This document shows positions 12,941 to 25,985 of a stretch of 64,000 nucleotides of DNA, piece after piece (within the stretch, counting starts at the first letter, position 1; each line of letters starts with the position of its first letter). The position numbers were made by a program, and so were the translations under genes. The stretch covers positions 51,710,001 through 51,774,000 of the forward strand of contig NC_045707.1 of the NCBI RefSeq assembly GCF_009834535.1. Reading direction: 5' to 3'. Under the pieces are notes generated by a model. The model had not been told where the DNA came from. It saw nothing but the letters and a program-made list of their open reading frames with translations, and searched no databases. This DNA is from Camelus ferus (taxonomy: Eukaryota).

Positions 12941-14749
12941 GAAAGAGTAGATCAACAAATGGTTACACTTTTCATTCAATCCCATATTCTGGAGACAGAG
13001 CCAGCCAATTTGAAAACATGTTGGTATAATATTGATATTCAGGTTTCATCTGGATCCTTTCCAGTATGAGAACTTGAGAATGATTGCTGTGAAAGTCTTG
13101 CTCTTTATATTAAGCAAAAAAATTCATTTAAGAATACTTAATAAAACTATTATAGGCGATGGGGAAATGAAAACAGTACTGTTCTTTTGCAATATAAATA
13201 GCATAAACTATGCTTGGGAACTAGTCCCTAGAAATTATTATGAGATTAAGAAGCAAATCAAGGAAATCTTTGGCAAAACCTGCAATTTCTTACTGAGAAG
13301 TTTGTCATTATGGACAGACCAAGCCAAGAAGCATAAGAGCAGATGGTGAAATGCCAAGTATGAAAAAATTCATGTCTCTCTCTGGTACCCTAAGCATAAG
13401 GACTTGGCTATAGACCAACACTTACTACTGTGGGCCCACTGAGGAGCAAAAATTACCCAGCAATCATCGCAGTGAGGAATAGAATCCTGGAGAGGAATTG
13501 CACACACTTCAGCCATCTCCATTACAAATCCTTCATGGTCCCTGGAAGGCCATTTGGAAGGCAGGGAACCTGCCAATGAACTTAGAGTTAGCTCCACCTT
13601 TAGAAGAGCCTCTGGAAGGACCGTTCAGAGCATTCCCTTGTCTTTTCTAAATTTCCTATTCATCTGTCCCCAAAGGTTATTTTGAGGATTTAATAAGGTA
13701 GTTAAATAAGACTACTTTGAAAGATGTAAAATGAGACTTCAGGGTTATTTACTTATACTACTTTTATTATCAAGAGTTCAATTAAGCCCCAATTTTTTCT
13801 TTGAGAAAATGCTGTAACACTATCAAAGTTTTTCAAAATGAAGTTAATTAGAATGATGATGTTTATGGAAATATTTTCTCTTTCTTTCAAGCAAATAGTG
13901 ATGTTTATAGGTAAAAACTCCAAATGTTTTCTAGTATATAATAAAATTTAAAATGTAAAATTTCACAGACAACTTAATTACCTCTTACACTGATTATGTT
14001 TGGGAAATAACTGTATAATGTGAAATAACTCAGACCCCTAGTTCAATGGATTCTACAAGAGAGAAGTACACAAAAATTAATAAATTTATGAGTGAATATG
14101 GTAAAATAAACCTAAAATAATCAATGGAGTAAATATTGACTATATAATGATGTTTCACCTCACGGAAACTAGGCCTGTCAATGCAAATTATATGACTTTA
14201 TATAATTTTCCAAATTGGACCAATAATACAATCCCTACATTGAGAGCTGCCATGTAAATGGGAGAGTAATAACTTATCCAGGTGGTTTTATTAAAGGAGA
14301 CAGATACCCTAGGGATAGAGATTTCCCATTAACTAATAAATTTAATGATTTTTAACCACTTAATCAACAAATGATCCATGTTTACTATTTATTATATCCT
14401 GTGCTAGGGGCCTTGATACAGTAACATAAGGTTTAATTTCAAATATGCTTTCAAGCCTTTGCATATATCTGAGTATATACATAAAGAAACTATATAGCTT
14501 TTTAATGTTATGAAAAATATAAAAAACATTACCAGTAAATTTAAATGAAAATGTTTTCTTCCATTTTGTATTATCTATTCTAATTTTTCTTAATTCATTC
14601 TTTACAATCTTAAAATGGAAACTAATCCTAAAGTCTAACTTTGGGATAAGTTAACAGTGTGAGCCAAATCTTCTGAGTGAAAATTTCGTAAATTTTCATG
14701 CATTATTGTGTGTGGTTTATGTTGAAGCGCTGGTACCCAAACCATACAG

Positions 14750-14860
14750 TGGCACACTCAGTTAACAACTCCTTATGAAGTGCCTATCATGTGCCAGGCC
14801 TTGTGCTGGGCATACACAGGGATAAGATACTGCTCTCAAGGAACTTTCAGTCCACTTAAG
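14750..14860 (-). mobile_element. L2 3' end (antisense)
   Basis: gtgcctatcatgtgccaggccttgtgctgggc...ctgctctcaaggaactttcagtc. Confidence 0.65.
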
Positions 14861-15999
14861 GGATAAGTAATTTAATAAGGTCGCATGAAATACATAAAAT
14901 TAAGCATGGGAATTGGGGGATATATAAGTAGGGCAATTAATCGTCAATGGTATCTTAGTCTCCTGTTTCATTATTCAAATAGTAAAATGATCCATCACTA
15001 TATGTATATCAAATAAAACTGAGCTGTAGTTAAGAGTTCTCAGTAGGAATGCTTATGACTTCAATGCAGAAATAGTGATTGTTTCTATCACTGGTATTTA
15101 TCCTCTGCATATTTTATATATTTAAACTTCTTTATTTGATTTGATTTTTCCACAAGATTTTAAGTACTTACCTTAGGAGATGCTAAGGAATTATTAGCAA
15201 ATGGTCTCACCCCACCTAAAAAATACGAAGTAAGTATTGCTGAGTTTCTTACTAGTTTACCATTTTTCCAAAATATTTTTATTTTGGGAAAGATAGATAT
15301 CTATACAAATACACTATTTGAAGTTTCCTTGGTCAAACAATTTTGGGCTAGTTTGAATGAATACAGAAATATGCCATATGATACAGGCAAAATATGTTCT
15401 AGGTTCCTTTAAATTCACAAGACTGGGAAAAGTGATATGTAACAATTTTTCCCAACTTACAAAAAAAAAACATTAGGAAGATATTTTAATTATGATGTAC
15501 TTTCTTTTCCAATATGATTTCCTAGAATAGAAATGAGGATTCTCTTCTTCCTTTGGATTGTTTAGACATTTAATTATAAATTCTGGTGTATGTGTGTGAT
15601 GTATACATTTATCACATATGTATCATATATACAAAACCACACACATACAGATTTATTTGTGTATTTATTGCTTGATGTGTGTATGTTGTGCATTTGTGGA
15701 GGACAATGCATTATTGGTAAATTATTAGAGTTCTAACTCACTTACATGTTAAAATGTTTTATCAGTAGTATATTAAAGTGTGCAGATCACTTCATTTAAT
15801 CACTTGATCAGCCAAATTACATACCAGAATTAAGTTAGATACGGAACAAAGATGAATGAGAATCATTCTAGGTCTTCCCTTATCCTCTTGTTTATAATGG
15901 TAAATGAGGACATTACAATGTAATGGTTTTGCAGAGGCCAAAGCATTAACGGCCTGAGTGTTTGGAGGAAGGCTTCATTGATATTTATGACTCATTTCT

Positions 16000-18900
16000 T
16001 AAATGATGACATATTTTAAATGTACCAAAAGTGCATTTAACTTGAACAATTTGCTAGGATTGCCTCCCATCTTCTATTTTAAAGAAACAGAATTTAACAA
16101 TAGAGCTTGAAACACCATTGGCAGCTCTCCTCAATTCTCTTCCCTCCCTTCCTCCTCAAGATAACCATTCCTCTAAGGCTGTGTGCAACATTCTCATCCA
16201 GGCTTTGATATTTTAGCTATATATGAACGATCCATAAACAATATACTTTGAGATATTTATCAGTACTCTCAGTGCACATCTCCTTCTGTAATTTGCTTTT
16301 CACTCAACATTTTTATCTGTATTCATGTTAATACATGTAGATTACATTCATTCATCTTCACTGCTGAATTGAAATAGGCTGTATACCTATATTTCCTTTT
16401 TCCACTTGCCTAATGATGACATTTAAAGTACCACAGTACTGTAAAAAATGGTTTAATGAATATCATTTTGCTTGTTTCATTATATACATATGCTAGCTTT
16501 TTACTAAAACATATTTTTTTAAAGCATCATGGCTGCATCATATGATGTGCATCACCAGCTATCCCAGATATTGCCAAATTACTTTTCAATTTTAGAGCTC
16601 ACTCAGCATTGCCCACACACTTGATATTCACGTAACTTTTGATTGTTGCCAATCTGATATGTTTGGAATACAATGACGTTTTAACTTGCATTTTCCTCAG
16701 TAGTAATGTGGTTGAGCAAATGTTTGTCTGCTTATTGCCAGTCAAATTTTCTTTTCTATAAACTACCTGTTTATATGTTTGGAATGTTTTTTGTTATGTT
16801 TTTCTGTCTATGTGACACACATAACATCTACACAATCACACATACATATACTTATTTTTACACTTTGGTTTTCTTAATCATATCAAAGCTTATATATTAT
16901 TAGTTGCTGTCAGATTGATTGTTTTTGTAAAGTTTTCTGAATTTCTTCAATTTTGAACTTTCGTTATCCCACTAGCATGAAGTTATTTTCTTCTAAATTG
17001 TTGTTTGTTTTTTACATTTAATCTTTAATCTATTCAAAATATATACAGATATAATTCAAGTGTGTAAGTGATTGTGTGTGTGCATGTGTGTAGGTATGTG
17101 TAATGAGAAGCAGTTTTCTTTTTTGTGTTTTTTTCCTTCCAACAGGGTGGCCAATTGTCTAAAAATAGTTTGAAAAATAATTCATACATTCTCTATGGAT
17201 TTAAAATGCTCATTCTGTGTCAAGTTCCATATGTGGATGGGTCTGGTTTAAAAATTGTAATGCTGCTCTTTCTGTCTACATTTCTTTTTCTATTCCACTG
17301 CAAATAGCAGACCCTTTTAATTATTACACATATTAAATATTGATTTTCCTTTCTTTTTTATGGATAATTATTTTGATTCTCCTTTGATCTTTTCCTTGTT
17401 ATGAATTTTCCTTCTTATAAATGTTAGCCTCATCTTGAGGTTTTTACTGGAATTAATTGAGAATCAATAGATTCTTTATAATATTGAGTCTTTATAGCCA
17501 TTAGTATTCCATAATTATATTTCATTGGGTTTTTCTTTTATATCCTTCAATAAAGTTTAACTAATTTTTTATATAAAAGCCTTGCATATATTCTGTTAGG
17601 GTTATTCCTAGGTATGTATAATTAATGAGACATTTTAAATTTTTAAATTATTTCTAATGAGTCACAGATGAGTTAAAGGATAACATTATTTTGCTATATT
17701 TCTCTGTCTTGTTCTATTCAATTCTATATTTTAAGGTTATTTTTTATTATTTGCATTTTGTTTCTTCCTTTCCAAATCTTATATTTTAAAAAATTTTATC
17801 CACTTGGGCCTACATTTCAATATAGAATATCAACTATGATGATGGACATCTTTCTGTCCATAATTTTGAAAAGAAAACATCTAATATTTACATTTCTGGC
17901 TTTTTTATCCCTGTGCTGTGCGCTAGACATTACTTTTGAGGCAGTGATTTTGGACACCTATGGGGCTCCCTTTCTTTATTTTCTTTCTCTCAAGGACCAC
18001 TATCTTGCACTGTCTTGTTCCATGTTTGAAAACCATTGTTTCAAATATTTTGTCTGCTTTCTAGTTTCTCAGGGGGACTGGCACATTTGTTCCTGTTATG
18101 CCATTATGGCCTAAAGCAGACATCCAATTTTCAATTGTTAAAATAGTTTATGTTTCTGCTTTCTTGAGCTGCCTAGACCTCTCACTTCAGTGTCAAATAG
18201 ACATGCTTATTTGGGGTGTTCTTGTCACATCCGCCATCCTGAAGAAGATGTTTAATGTTGGACATGGGTGACGTTTCCTGGGGTTTATGGTAGAGACCCT
18301 TTATGAAGTTAGGGTGTATCCTTTTATTATAGTTTGCTAAAACTTTTACAAAAAGTTTTTTATAATCACTTTTAAATTTTGTCAAAAGAAATTTTTGACA
18401 ACTATGATTTTCTCTTTTAATATGGTAATAAGCTTAATAGTATTAATTTTCTAATTTTGAACAGTAAGTATTCCTAACCATGAGGTAATTTTGTATACTT
18501 GAAATAATATCCAATCAGGAATTACTTTCCTTAATCATTCCTAATATACTTTGCTAATATTTTGCTGAGGGTATCTTCATGTATGTTTATATGTTTGACT
18601 TGCCTGCACATTACTGTTTTAGTTTGGTGCAAGATTTGTCATTTTTAATAGTTTTTGAGGAATCAGTGTTTTTCTGTTTTCCATTGAACCGGTACTTTAT
18701 AGTTGAGAAGATTTGTCCTATTCTTAGTTTCCTTGTAGTATCTGTAGATTTATCCTGCTGTTCTTCTGCTAACTTTTAAGATTTGGGATATGGGTAATTT
18801 AAGGTTTACTGCTTCTTCTTAAATATATAAACATTTAAAATGACATTTCTTGCATTTCAGCTACATTGCACAAGTTTGGCTTGTAGTACAGACTCTCATT

Positions 18901-19170
18901 CAGCTGTCTTTCTTATTGGCTTTATGATTTTTTTACTTTAGTCACTGATTATTTAAATATTTGTTTTAAATTTTGAAATGGATGTTCTTTAATGTTATAT
19001 TTTTCCCATCAATTATTTGGAGCATGTTGCGATTTGATTTATTGTAATTTTTATAAGTACTATATATGTGCTTAAAAATAATATGGATTTTCAGAAGTAG
19101 TTGCAGTGACCTATAGATACCTGTTCAAACAAGTTCAAAGTTATTGAATTGTTCAAATCTTTTCTATCTT
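16000..19170 (-). mobile_element. Heavily decayed old L1 (L1ME/L1M-type) 3'UTR-ORF2 fragments, with an embedded L1 5' end at about 17900-18125
   Basis: T-rich antisense L1 words: gttgccaatctgat, ttaacttgcattttcc, aatattgagtc, ttattcctaggtat. L1ME-like 5' end ttcctgttatgccattatggcctaaagcaga. Confidence 0.65.
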
Positions 19171-19570
19171 TAATTACATCATACATACATATACATTTGT
19201 GTATACAGAGATAAAAAATTAGAAGTAAAGAGCAATATATTACATAATCTATACATAAAGATATATTTCTGTTAATGCAATAAATAATGACATATGCATT
19301 TATGTACATGTATTCATAAATGTATGCATATACTCATGTATATATGAGTGTGTATATATGTTGAGCTATTAAATACTCATAAGTGTTTTGATACGTCTGA
19401 CTTTGCTTCTGAGAGGATAATTTTTTGACAGATTAAATGTCCTTTTTTAGGAAAAGAAGAAAACAAGTATTTCTATAGAACTTGATTTCTGTATTTTCTG
19501 TATTTATTTATTATTCCTTATTGTTCTAATTGAACATCTGGGGTTGCCCTTTTTAAATTTATTTTTAAAA

Positions 19571-19607
19571 TTTATTTTATTTTATTTTATTTTATTTTAT
19601 TTTATTT
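19571..19607. repeat. (TTTTA)n microsatellite
   Basis: Read directly. Confidence 0.95.
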
Positions 19608-19859
19608 CTTGGGGTTTTGCTCTTGACTGATGAGGAAGACTACAGATCAGTCAGCTTTGGTGGCAATGGGGTGTATATTTTGATGTCAATTTAGGATAGA
19701 TTTGGATTTTAAATCTGAGAAATCCAAAGTAGGTACTTGAATATACACATCTGGATTTTGATGGAGAAATGAATATAGAAGTTATTTTGTGCTTTTCAGA
19801 ACGAGATTGATTTGAGAAAGATAAGGTCTTTCTCAATGCCATGTTTAAAATTACGATCT

Positions 19860-20095
19860 ACATTCCCCAGCAAACTTTAGCACTCTTCACTGACTTCCTT
19901 TTTCTTCCATAGCAATCATTACATTTTAATGTACTAATTATTTACTTGTAAATTTTGTTTAGCAATCCTCCCTACAATAAAAGCTCTAAGAGATATTTCT
20001 CTTTCTTTTTTAAAAACTATTATAAGTAAGTGCCAGAATAGTGCCCAGCACATATTAGGTACCCAAAAAATACTTGTGGACTGAATAAATGAATT
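19860..20095 (+). mobile_element. L2 3' end
   Basis: agtgccagaatagtgcccagcacatattaggtacccaaaaaatacttgtggactgaataaatgaat. Confidence 0.7.
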
Positions 20096-21429
20096 ATGCT
20101 TTACTTCTGTTTCTAGCCTCTTATAGTTTCTGTCACTTCACTTCATTTAAACCGTATAAAAAGACATCCTCCATTCCCAGATTTATAACTATTCTGTATC
20201 ATACAATTTTACTCTGTGAATCTAATTTTCTATACTGCTCTACCTTGCTGTTCCTTTTTTAATTTCATTAGTTGGTGACTTTATATTATTTCCTTATTTT
20301 GATTTAAAAAATTGATCTGAATTATTGGTTTATTAATTTGCAGTTTTTCTGGTATTGAAATATTATCATCAGAAGCTATGTATTTGCCTCTAACTATAGT
20401 TAAACTGAATCTCACAAGCTTGGAAATGAAATTAATCACTTACATATCTTTCAGTTTTAAGCATTTCATTATTCCTCTGATTTTTTTTCTCCTTTTTTTC
20501 ATGAACTATTCTGGAATTTATTTTGTAGGTTTCAAATATTGCTTGACTTTTATTATCTGTGTTAAGTTTGAATGCATTATTTCAGAGAATATGAGAGTAA
20601 TTATATGTACATGGTGTCCTAGTAAGTCACATAGGCAGACTGTCTGTTCCCTCCTTAACACAACATTATGCAATAGGTAAAGTGAGTAAAGTTAATTTAC
20701 TGTTAAGGAACCTAGCATTCAGAATGTTCGGGAATAGTAACAACATGACCAGGTCTTGAATGCACTTATTACAATCTTAAATTGGGATTTATTATCTTTT
20801 TCTTCCCAGTATAAAAAGAATGGTTCAAGTCTGACACTTTCCTGTCATACTTACAGAGAAAACACTATTGGTTTATACGTCTTCTAACGTGCAGAATTGT
20901 AATGCAAATACGTATAAACAGATTCATATTCCCAATCTTATGTTCAATTTTAATAAGTGCTCCCCCCACTGCCTCATGGTCTTTTAATGTTCCTAGGCAG
21001 AAGAGCATGACTCTACATTATTAGAATCCCACACTGTATTGCACTTATTATGAATGATAGTTATTAAAATTAACTGAAGCATGAGAAAAGGTTTTATTTA
21101 TACAACTCTAATTGTTTCCAACTTCATAAGTGTTAAGATATTTTAAGTATCCTCCAAAGAATTTGAAAATTTAGAAATAAGAGACTTTTAGGTTTGTTAA
21201 ACAGAAACTCTTAGAGCAAGAACTTATTTTCAAGCCCTGTCAGACTCATTTCTGTTCTATTATCTGAAGATATCACGACCACCATTTTATTGGTTCTCTA
21301 AAGGACTGAGCATATTAAAGCCAAGTCACGTAAGTAAGGTCAAATAGTGTTGACTGGTTGGGAAGTGTTTGTTCTAAAATTGTGGAATTTTAGAAAGAAT
21401 AGAAGTATACTGTAATGAAATGTACATTG

Positions 21430-21560
21430 AGTTTATGGTCCAAGCATTGTCTTTATCTATGTAACCAGATGACCTTAGGCTTAACCTTGCCAAGCTTTAT
21501 TTACTCATAGGTAAGATTTCTAAACCCAAATAGAATGAAAGATTATAAATACATATTAAA
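21430..21560 (+). mobile_element. MIR remnant
   Basis: gatgaccttaggcttaaccttgccaagctttatttactcat. Confidence 0.45.
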
Positions 21561-22649
21561 ATAAGAGCAACACATTCAACCAACAGAACTGTTGATACCT
21601 TTTGCTTCACACAGCCGTCTTGATCTTGGCACTACCATAGGCCAGTGTACAGTGGAAGAGATGACAGTGATGCAGCATCCAGAGTGCCAGCAAATTTCTG
21701 ATGCTGCACATTCAGCACTTGTCACCTGATGACTGATGATCATTAGAGTTTCATCTTTTTGCCTTTATATTTGGTTCCCAGTTAAAATGCAAGTAAATGG
21801 AGATGGTTAAGCTGTTATAAGTCACAGAAGCCACTGTGTGAAGGCAGAAAAGGAGAAAATTATTTATGGGGAGAAGTGAAGAGAACAACTTTGGATCTTA
21901 ATGCTCCCAGGTTGGAAAATTTGTATAGAAAGTAAGTACCACTCATGGCACCAAAGACCTCTTTTGGTCTTAATTTGTAAGAAACTTATTAAGAGAAAAA
22001 TTTTGCCAAAAATTTTACAACAAATAATGGCTCTGAAAATTGAATATCATTGGAAAATTTAACCTTAATAAAAGCTGTTTTTTGACATCAAAACTACATC
22101 ATAGACAGGAGTGCTAGTATCATATATATATTGTTACAGCAACATCACTGTTAATTGAAAATATTCCTCCTAAAATTAGATTCAGATGTTGAAATGGATG
22201 ACAGTTAGCCTTCAGGATGGTCAAAGAAGAATTTAAATTTATTCACACAAATGGGAAGTCCCACAACCAGGGACAGAAGATGTGTTTCCTGGGGGAGGTC
22301 AGGAAAGAAAAAGAGCCAGCAAGAAGGTTGCAGTCATTTATGAAGGAAAATCTCACTGGTGGGAGATTTGAAAGAAGCTTCTGTCTGGCACCAGATTTCA
22401 AAGAGGCAGCAACAGAACATAAGTGCTTTGTGTGTTTGTGTGTTTGCGTGGGTGCAGAGAAGCTTTCTCAGAAGGCTAGAGAGATGATGGGCCCAGACAT
22501 AGGGAGGAAATGAGTCTTAAAGGTTGCTGGCACTAAATCAAAGTCAGTGGGGACCCTAAAATGTTCCTGTGATCTCCATACGCATATTTTAATCATAAGG
22601 ATAGTGTTACTAATTTAATAATATTCATAGCAATAGTGTTACTGATTTA

Positions 22650-23280
22650 ATCAAAAGACAGCAAATGCAACTGCACACCACTCAGATTATGAAGCCAAAC
22701 TTTGCCAATATCTTAGAAATGTTCTGTGTACCCCTTGACTTTCACTACCCAGTATAACTGTCTGAGTTCTGTGGCGAATATTTATTTATTTTCTTTATTA
22801 TATTTTCAAGATATCTTATAAATATACATATCTATGAATTTCATATAATGGTATAATACTGTATGAATACTTGCTCCTTTCCCTTAATATCATGTTTTTG
22901 AGTTTCAGCCACAGAGATACATATAACTGAAGCTTATTTATGTCCTTTGCTATATATTATCTCACTGCATGAATACACTAGGGTTTATTTACCTATTCTA
23001 AACTTGAAGGACACTTGTGTTGATTACAGTTTTGAGCTATTTCTAAGAAAAAAATTGTAATCATTTTTTGATATGAGATATGTATATTCCTAGGAATGGA
23101 ATTAATTGGCATAGTGTATTTATATGTTTCACTTTATGCCAAAATACTGTCTGATGTGTTTTTATTCAAACTCACACACACCACCACCACAGCTACTCCT
23201 GCCACCACCACAATCACCACACATATAATATCTGAAGGTTGTAGCTTCACAACTTCACAAAACTATGTCTGTATTTTAAA
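22650..23280 (-). mobile_element. L1ME-type 3' end
   Basis: caccactcagattatgaagccaaac, tggtataatactgtatg, gaaggacacttgtgttgattacagttttgagctat, cctaggaatggaatt. Confidence 0.6.
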
Positions 23281-23529
23281 GTCTAAATTCACGAACACTC
23301 CTTGGCTCTTCTAGGAAGGAGATGGTGTTAAGGGGAGGAGACAAAATAAGATTAGAAAGGCAAAATTCCTTTGTTTCTCTTCTTTGCTTATTGATTTTCT
23401 GAAAGATGATTTTGGTTGTATTCCTAATAATTTCTTGTTTAGGAGAGAAAAAATATTAGGATAGTGTTCATTAACTGCAAAAGGGAAGGATAAAATTAAT
23501 TATTTAGAAGTGAATAAACAACATCCTGT

Positions 23530-23690
23530 TGCTAATGTTATGGTAGCTGACAATATTTTCAGCCTTGTTTAACTTTTTCTTGAATTTTTTTTGAGCTATA
23601 TCTAATATCTTCCAATAACACTTTATTTTTCCTTTAAGTTTTATTGAAGTGAATTTGTGTTGCTTTCAAATAAAAAAAGTACTATCAAAA
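23530..23690 (+). mobile_element. Old ERVL/MaLR LTR 3' fragment (LTR16/LTR33/MLT1-like)
   Basis: Typical LTR end: tgagctata...ccaataacac...ctttaagttt...tgtgttgctttcaaataaaa. Confidence 0.4.
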
Positions 23691-25399
23691 ACAAAGAACA
23701 ATTAGAAAATCTTCATATAAAATATAAACATACCTTTATATAAAAAACATTTCAGGACAAAACGGATTTAATAGCAGGCCCACAGAGGAGAAGTTATCTT
23801 AGTATTATAAATATTTAATATTGCTTTAAATAAATCAAGTTATATGAGATTAAAAGTATCAAAGGAGATGAGCTAAGTGAACTGATATATGTATCTGCAC
23901 TACATTTGGAAATATTTTAGGTTAAGTCTTCAAGTTTGATGCTTGTTAATTTTTAATTTCTTTTTAATCAATTATTTAAAAATACTACCAATGGCATTTC
24001 ATTGGGAGTTCTTGCTAAGGAAGCTAGGAATCTGAAAATATGGAAAAACTAGAGAAAATTAGATTAACTTGTACAAATACAGGTTAATATGTCTAGGGTA
24101 TTATAATATGAAACAGATTACATGAGAGAGAATTGTTTGGAAAACAGTGATGCCAAAAAATTTTCCCTCAAGGATGACATGTAATACACACAAATACATT
24201 ATAACACTGTGCCAACTATAGCCATTAGTTGGAGGAACATCAAGAGAAAAATCACGGAGAGCAAAGAGATGGATTGTTTTTATAAAATGTGCAAGTAATA
24301 ATAAATAATAATAGTAATAATAACACACTTTAATTTATATAGCATCATTCTTGTAAGGACATTATATGACAATATAGTCTTTCATATTCAATTTTCTTTA
24401 TTATAAGAAAAAAGTGATCAACTTCATTGATAAATAGGAATTTGAGTCATGCAATGAAAATTCAAATGTGGTCTCTTTATGTGCTGACAAAGTTATCTGC
24501 ACTCCATTTTTTTTCTTCCAATGACAAGGCAAAATGGAAACAAAAAGAGCATTAATAGCAACAACAAAATCACAGGACCACCATTTATTAGTATCTTATG
24601 TAAGATTAAGTGTAGTTCAATAATAAAAGAGGTCTAACTTATCCCTTACTTGAGGTTTACCTTAAAAAGTGAATCAATGCTGTCTTGCTTCCATAAAATA
24701 TTTAAGAATACTTACTAAAAGAAAAAAAAAGGACACAATATAAGTCAAATGTTGAGATGGCTTAAATTTAAAAGTTAAACGTAAGTAGTGAAAAGAAAGA
24801 AAATGTTTTATTAAATTACTGAAGTAACAAGGAAGATCTTTGTAACAAAAAGATCTCTACTGGTAGAAACCTATGACTTTGTTATGTGTAGAGAGATGAG
24901 TGTGTGTGAACCATGAACGTAATTCATAAATGGTGGGCAGAAAGAGTTAATGTATTTTAAACAATGAGAAATATTCCCCTCTCTCTAGCCTTACTGTTAG
25001 TAAATACAAGTCATATGTTCATGCCTAATGTCTAATGTCTGTAAGATGAGGAAGGGCAAGCATGCAGTATGTCTGGAAGATGCAGGAATAGAAACTTTGG
25101 GGAAAGGTGCTAATGACTAATTCAGTGGATCTGGAAAGAAGGGGATAAACCCATGAGATCGTCTATTGTATTTCACTGATCAATCCTACCAATCCATCAT
25201 GTTTAAATGAATGATTAATATTCATGTTCTTACACATAAAGAAAGTCTCTTTAAGTTTATGTAATTGAAAAGGTCACAGAGCATTGGCAGTTTATTGAGT
25301 ACTGTCAAGCACTTCTCAGCTCCACTGGGCTTACTGCCCACCGCCCCCAACTCACCCCCAACAGCTGTGATCTCTTTGCAGACTAGCACACAGCCTCTA

Positions 25400-25985
25400 G
25401 CCACGGCCATTACCATCACGCAGTATCTCCTTCACATTTTCAAAGCATGCGTCTGACTGTATAACTTTGTGGCATAAAACCATTTAGTGGCTTACCAAAT
25501 TTTGGGCTGAGACCAATCCCCATCATGGACGGCACTTTGACTGCCTTCCGAACTTCGTGTTGTATAACTTACTTTTCTCTTCTTTGATATTCCTGTAGTT
25601 CCTTATGTGTGTCTTAGTCTCATAACAGTATTTACGTGTGAGGGTCATACTCTCAACAGATTTTTTCTCCCTCTTTCTTTGCTCACTTAATTTCTTCTCA
25701 TCCTTCAGATTTTCTGTCAAATGTTGCGTTCAAAGGCCTCTTATCCCGAACCTCTTCCCAGGCTAGATTAGATTCCGTTAGGTATTTATATAGTTTTGTT
25801 TGTTTTGTTTAATGTTTTTCCTTTTGTTATGTCATTATTTGATTAATATCTCTCTCATGCACTATATTAATATCTCTCATGTGCTATGGGACTAGGAATG
25901 TTTACTAATTATATATGCCAGGTCTATAGGATGTTGCTTACCACATAACAGGTACTAAATAATCTATTATTGAATAAATAACAGA
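25400..25985 (+). mobile_element. L2 3' region
   Basis: tcatccttcagattttctgtcaaatgttg...ccaggtctataggatgttgcttaccacataacaggtactaaataatctattattgaataaata. Confidence 0.65.

Noticed and set aside
25842..25887. Short tandem duplications (also at about 9174, 40137 and 60583)
   Set aside because: Ordinary 9-24 bp slippage events with no sign of function.
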